A stretch of 64,000 nucleotides of DNA. Origin: the human T2T-CHM13v2.0 reference genome, Homo sapiens. The notes beneath the pieces are model-generated. The model saw only the letters and a list, made by a program, of their open reading frames with translations, was not told where the DNA came from and ran no database searches. The stretch lies in the NCBI RefSeq assembly GCF_009914755.1, contig NC_060943.1; one strand, given 5' to 3'. Positions 50,150 through 64,000 of the stretch are shown in pieces. Position 1 is the stretch's first letter; each line of letters opens with the position of its first letter. Position numbers and translations under genes: made by a program.

Positions 50150-51010
50150 ATTAAAATTGAAAACAGAAACACCACAGCACTTCCCGTTTCCTCTGCATCT
50201 GGCACCACTCACCTGGGTGCAGAGGGTGGGTGGGTGCATGCCAGCTGGTCATTCGCCCGGAAATCTCTGGGAGGAAGTATCAGCACAGCCTAGCAGGGCG
50301 CCTGGGACTGGCTCTGTGGGCTGGCCGTCCCTCTGGCTGGGGACACGGGGAGGCCGAGCGTGTCCGCAAAGACACGCGAGCTGTCCACCTTTCTGGGCTG
50401 CAGGGGTCTGCAGAACCTCGGAACCTCGGAGGGGCTCTCTGTCTGCTTCAGCGTCTCTTTCTCAAGTGACTGAAAGCAGAGGCTCCCTGCTGCGTTACAC
50501 CGTTGAGTCCTTTCGCATCTGTGCGCATCCCGCTTCCATCGCTGCGGGGATCCCTTCGGTCCTCCCAGGCAGGCGAGATTGGTGGCTGTAATTAGGACAG
50601 GAGTGGCTCATTATATCATCACAGAATAAATGCACAGACCCTGGGGATGATTTATGGTCCCAACAGCCTATCTTTGCGCCCAGGCGGCCTCGGCCTCTGT
50701 TCGGCAAGGAGCCCGCTAATCCCTTCACTGCCGGCTCAGCCGGGGCAGAGGGAGGAGCCTGAAGGTCCACCATGGGGTGGAGGCTGCCTGCTCGCGGGCC
50801 CGCCCCCGGAGCCCGGGGCTCATCACGCTGCTCTATGCGCCTCTGTTGGCTCCTGCCAAACAGTCCCTCCCTTCTGTGCCTCAGTTTCCTGGCTGTAAAA
50901 AGGGGGTGCTCACAGAGCCCCCTTGAGGAGTCGTCACATGGATTAGATGATGCATCCACGCAAAGTGTCTGGCCCCGTGCCCGGCCCGTGGTGGGTGCAC
51001 ACCTTGAAAG
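50150..51010. promoter_or_regulatory. CpG-enriched unique intronic segment, candidate enhancer
   Basis: Retained CpGs in non-repeat DNA; TAATTA 50589, TGATTTATGG 50648, TAATCC 50717. Confidence 0.4.
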
Positions 51011-51191
51011 ATGCCTGCTTGGCCGAGGCCAGCTGTTGAGCTGCTACTTGGGGCAACAGTGAGAGCAGGATCGCACCTTGTTCACCTCTGTGCCTTGGCC
51101 CAGAATATGACAGCTGCCACTGTGTGGCTTATGGGTCATCTGTTTAGTTTCACCTGAGGGAGTATTCATTGCTGTTAACTGTTTCTTATGA

Positions 51192-57424
<6,233 letters not shown>

Positions 57425-59860
57425 TTAAAACAACAACAACAAAAAGAAGTCACACTCTCCTCCTCCCAGCTATGTGACCCTGGGCAAGCCCATAATTGGC
57501 CCCTGCCTCAGTTTCCCCATCTGTAAGATGTGCCATGAAGGGGGCTAACTCTGTCAATGCATGAACAGTCCTCAGGACTGTAGCTTGCACAGGTAGTGCT
57601 CCATGAAGGCAGCCATGTCTCCTGGGAGGGCTGCCTGGAGGAGGAGAGCTCTGCAGTGGGACATTAGGGGTGAGGTCCGAGTTGCCGGTGCAAGAGGTGG
57701 GTAGGGAAGGGAAGGCTCTTTGGGTGGAGGAGAAACAGCATATATGGGGCCCAGAGGCCTACAGGAGGCAGGGAAGGAGGAAGGAGAGAGGAGACCCAGA
57801 TCTGGAAAGGCCCAAGAGCCAAGCTGGAGAGCTTGGACGTGATCCCACAGCCAGCTATGGGGTGGGGAGGGGTGACCCAGGATCAGCTTTGAGCTTTAAG
57901 AAAGGCTAGAGAAAAGGTGGTGGGGTTGGAGAGGAGAACAGGGAAGGGAGTTGTGGGTTCTGGAGGGGCTCAGGAACTGCAGAGGAGAGGTGAACCCAGG
58001 GTGCCCGAGAGAGGAACGGGGCCACCCCGGGTTTCTGGCTTCTGTATCAGCATCAGGAAGATCATGGCACTGTCTGCCAGGGCCAGGTGAATTGGGCACG
58101 TTGGCTGGGGGAATCGGGACCATGACGAGCCTGGTGAGGGGCTGCTGGGCTGGAGGAGTCTCCTGGGGCATCACAGGGAATGTTCTGGAAGCAGGGCTGG
58201 GGCGGCACTTGGGAGTTAGCTGACAGTAAGGAGTGACGTGAGAAACACAGAGGCCAAGTCCTCGGGGAGCCAAGTTTGAGAGGCAGACGGAGCGTGGGGA
58301 CCGAGGTCAGGGCTCCTGTGGGGCCGGCCTGGCCCTTCCCTTCCCACCGCCGTTCGGGACCCTGTGGTATCTTCCGTGGGCACTGGCCCTGCTCCCAGCT
58401 GAGCGGTGCCCAGAAGCAGGAGGACCCTGGTTTCCTGCCCCTACTCAGCCACCCTGCCCACGCCGTGGCAAGCCCAGAGCTGTGCTCAGTTCAGGCAGCC
58501 GTGTGGCCACCCTGGTGACTCCTCCCTGCCGCTCCCTGCTGTCCTGTCCTCCGTGGGGTGCTGTCTCTAGGCCCGGGAGGAAGGCTGAGGGGAAGGCCTC
58601 ATGGGTGCAGTGGGTAAATGTCCACCCGGTACCTCCTCTGAGCCCGCATGGTGCTCGGAGGTGCAGGGTCCCAGGGCTGTTTCTGGAGCAGCAGGTGCCA
58701 GGCATGGCATGGGAGGGGCCTTGTGGAGCCCAGAGTCGCAGGTGCACCTGGCAGTGGGCAGAGCAGCTGCAGAGGCTTGGTGTTGGCAGGGTGCACATGA
58801 GGAGGTGGTAGCCAAGGGGACAGGGCCTCCCAGCCTGGTGCCCGCAGCCTCCCTCACACAGGGACCACCTTTCCCCTCACCTGGCCCCTCATCCTCTGTC
58901 CTGATGTCCCCTCATGGTGCCTTTTTATGCCCACCTTGCCCCCACACGTAACCCTCAGGCAGTGGGAGAAGGGCTGCAGCAGGGGGGTGTGGCTCCTGGT
59001 GCAGGGGACAGGCCAGGTGGCAGGAGCCAGGACAGCTTCAGAGGGAGAAGCCTCCAGGCCCAAAATGGGGCCTAGACAGGAAGGAGGGAGCGGGCAGGTT
59101 AAGAAGGGCAGTATCTGCATGGGGCTGAGAGGGAGCAGAGAGGGCATCTGAGGGTGGCTGGGGGCTGTGTCTGAGCAAGGCCATGGATGGGAGTTGGGAT
59201 GAGCCTCTGTACCTGCGGACACCCCTGCTGAGGTCCTCTGGGAAGCCGGCAGTGCACCTAGGACTCCACCTGGGGGAGATGGGTCCCGTCTGCCCTGGGC
59301 GGGCTTCCTCATGCTGGGACCCCAGCCTGGAACGCAGCCAGGATCAGGAGCCCTAAAGTTAGGACCTGAGGGCTCCGAGGGCTGAGGCCGGGGACAGCTG
59401 CCTGGCGTTCCCTGCCGTGGATGGGCTGCTGCTCCCATGTTGCCTGCCCTGCCCTGGCCCATCAGTCCTGCCTCCTCCAGCAGCGGTGACTTTGCCACAG
59501 GGAGGACAGCTCAGGTCACTCCTGGTTAAATCCTTCCAGCGGCTTCTCGTCCCACCCAGGATGGGGTCCCACAAAGCTCAGCTCTCTTGAGGCTCTGAGC
59601 CCAGCACCCGCCCCCCCACACTTCTTTGCCCACCCTGGCTTCCTTGGCGAGCCACTGTCATGGTCACTCTGTGACCCCAGGGCCTTTGTGCTCACGGGGC
59701 CTCCTGCCTGGAGTGCTCTTCCCAGCTCCAGCGTCACCTCCTTGGCCACCTTCCCCCCACCCCATTTCCAGCTTGTTTTCTGCACAGCCCCACTCACTCG
59801 GAAGTCTCCCACTTCCTTCCTCCATCTACCCACCCAGCTGCCCGGCCCATGCCCATCTGA

Positions 59861-60508
<648 letters not shown>

Positions 60509-61499
60509 TCACCCTTGACTGTTTAGGAAGCCCATGCCCAGGCTTGGCCAGTCACCCCTCTTTCTTCACCCTGTCCCACCCCACAGTGCCCCCTCCCCAG
60601 GGCTTTGTAGGCCTCCAGCTGATGGGGAGTCTGCTGTGGCCAGGGCTGCTAACAGTTAACTGCTGGATGAGCTGCAGTAAATTTCCTTGGGGTTTTGGCT
60701 CAGGGTGAGACCCGCATTCCCAGCTTTGCTTGGACACATGCGGCATCCTAGCACTGAACCTTCCCGTCCCAGGTGGCCTGCTTCTCGGGGAGGGGCCTGG
60801 GAGGACTTCTTGTTTGGGAGTCGGGGAGCCATCCTTCCCTCCAGGCCTTGGGTCAGCTCAGCCCACACAGCTGCTGACCCAGAGTGAGGGGCAGTGGGAC
60901 GCGTTGGCCTTGGCGGCCCCGGGGCCGCTTTGAAGGGGAGCATGAGGGCACCGATCCTGCGCCTCTGTGCCTGGGCCGGGCGGGAGCTGGGGATGCATCC
61001 ATCGCCTGCCAGGAATCCGGGCCCTGAGTTGTCGGCACTTCCAGCGTTTCAGGAGAAGCCAAGCAATTCTGATGTTTAAGTTAACTTAAAAGAAAAAAAA
61101 AGTAAAAGTTGGCCACCAGTTTGCATTTTTAAAAAAATGCTTCTCAGACCTCAGGAAGGCCACAGCTGCGGCCGGCCACGCTCCTGCTCCTGCCTGCCAG
61201 GTTACAGGCTCTGACGTGGGCCTGAGGGCCTCTGGGCTGTAGTGGGTGGGGCGGCCGTGCTGGTCCTGGGGTGGGTGCCGGGCAGTTCCGCCCATTCCCG
61301 GCTGCGTTGGGAGGGGGTGTGTGATAGCCAAGAAGCTTGATGCCAAGGGTCTTGGATCAGCAGCTGACGTCCTCTTCCTTATACACATGTGGGACCGTGG
61401 TGGCTTCCTGGTTAGATGGCACTAGGGTGGTCTACTTTGGGCCCCTCCACCCACCCCCACACTGCCAGAACCTTGGGTATACTTTTTATTTCTCCTTTA

Positions 61500-63065
<1,566 letters not shown>

Positions 63066-63907
63066 CCCGGAGTAGACCAGTTTTCTAAGCTCCTTTTCCT
63101 TGTTCTCTGCTGTGCCCCTTCTGTGGGAGCTGAGGCCCTGCACCCTTAGGCGTCCTCCTCGTGCCCCTCCTCCCTCCAATGTTACTGGGCCTGTTGTTGG
63201 GGTCTGTAGTGTTTCTGTATGGCTCTGCAGAGGCCAGGCTCACCGCCGGTTGGCCTTAGCTCAAGGTCCAGGTTCGTGTTGGCTGGGATTCCTGCCCAGG
63301 TCCATTTGGAATATTCCACTTGCGCGTGAAGCAAAGGCCCAAGTATATGAAGTGGCGTGCCCAGGCACAGAGCCCCTTTCTGTACACCCAGCTGCACGCG
63401 CGGGGAGGAGCTGACATCCCAAAAGGCCACGCAGAGGTGGGAGCTGGAGGACACAGCCCTGCAGTATCTGCTGGGGTGAGCCCTGCACCACTGGCAGCCC
63501 GCTCCCCAGCCTGGTGGGTAGGGCTGTTTTGGGAGGGCCTGCAAGTGTGGAAACCTACACTAAAAATAGCAGCCACATGCCTCCTGTGGGCGGCCCACGC
63601 TCACCTCTCCTGGCACCCTAGCGTGCCCGGAAGCAGCAGGGTGGGAGGGCACACCAGGCCCCACACAAGCCCATACTGTCCTTACACGTATGCATGAGGC
63701 TGGGTGAGCCATGCACACCCAAGGCCACCCTCCACAGCCCTGTATCCCATGCTAGGGTTTGGGGTGCCCCAGAAATCAGGAATCAGAATAGCTCCATTTG
63801 CAGGAAGACATCACAGCACACATGCAGCCATGATGCAGCTTCCCCAGTGGGTCCAGGCGGGCGCACTCCATCCACCTGCTATTCGGTTTGCAACAAAACT
63901 AACACTC

Positions 63908-64000
63908 TTTTTTTTTTTGAGACGGAGTCTTGCTCTGTCACCTAGGCTGGAGTACGGTGGTGTGATCTTGGCTCACTGCAACCTCCGCCTCCTGGGTTCA
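63908..64000 (-). mobile_element. Antisense Alu cut off by the window end
   Basis: Poly-T then GAGACGGAGTCTTGCTCTGTC. Confidence 0.9.

Overview
Primate (human-like) GC-rich, extremely Alu-dense DNA. I recognise it from the encoded proteins as the KLHL26-CRTC1 locus (human 19p13.11; the location is from memory, not a database search). Both genes are on the + strand. The window holds the distal part of KLHL26 intron 1, coding exon 2 (13358-13540), the large last exon (CDS 16761-18342; BTB/BACK/Kelch) and its 3' UTR. A ~12 kb repeat-filled intergenic gap follows, then the CRTC1 CpG-island promoter, exon 1 (42 codons, CREB-binding domain) and the first ~31 kb of intron 1. Nearly all other ORFs in the track are artefacts of simple repeats, Alus or high GC. 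I see no wholly new gene system. The best leads are: (1) an in-frame upstream acceptor that would add 29 aa to the KLHL26 BTB domain next to the Cullin3-binding motif, preceded by UGCAUG elements multiplied by Alu target-site duplication; (2) a ~0.53 kb non-Alu inverted duplication enclosing a 1.7 kb YCAY-rich repeat; (3) a degenerate 33-34 bp E-box minisatellite just inside CRTC1 intron 1; (4) a CRE/AP-1 cluster ~23 kb upstream of the CREB co-activator gene; (5) several rearrangement scars (templated insertions, a twin-priming-like inverted Alu, a giant TSD-like repeat, a multiplied L1 segment). Repeat subfamily names and percent identities are by eye.
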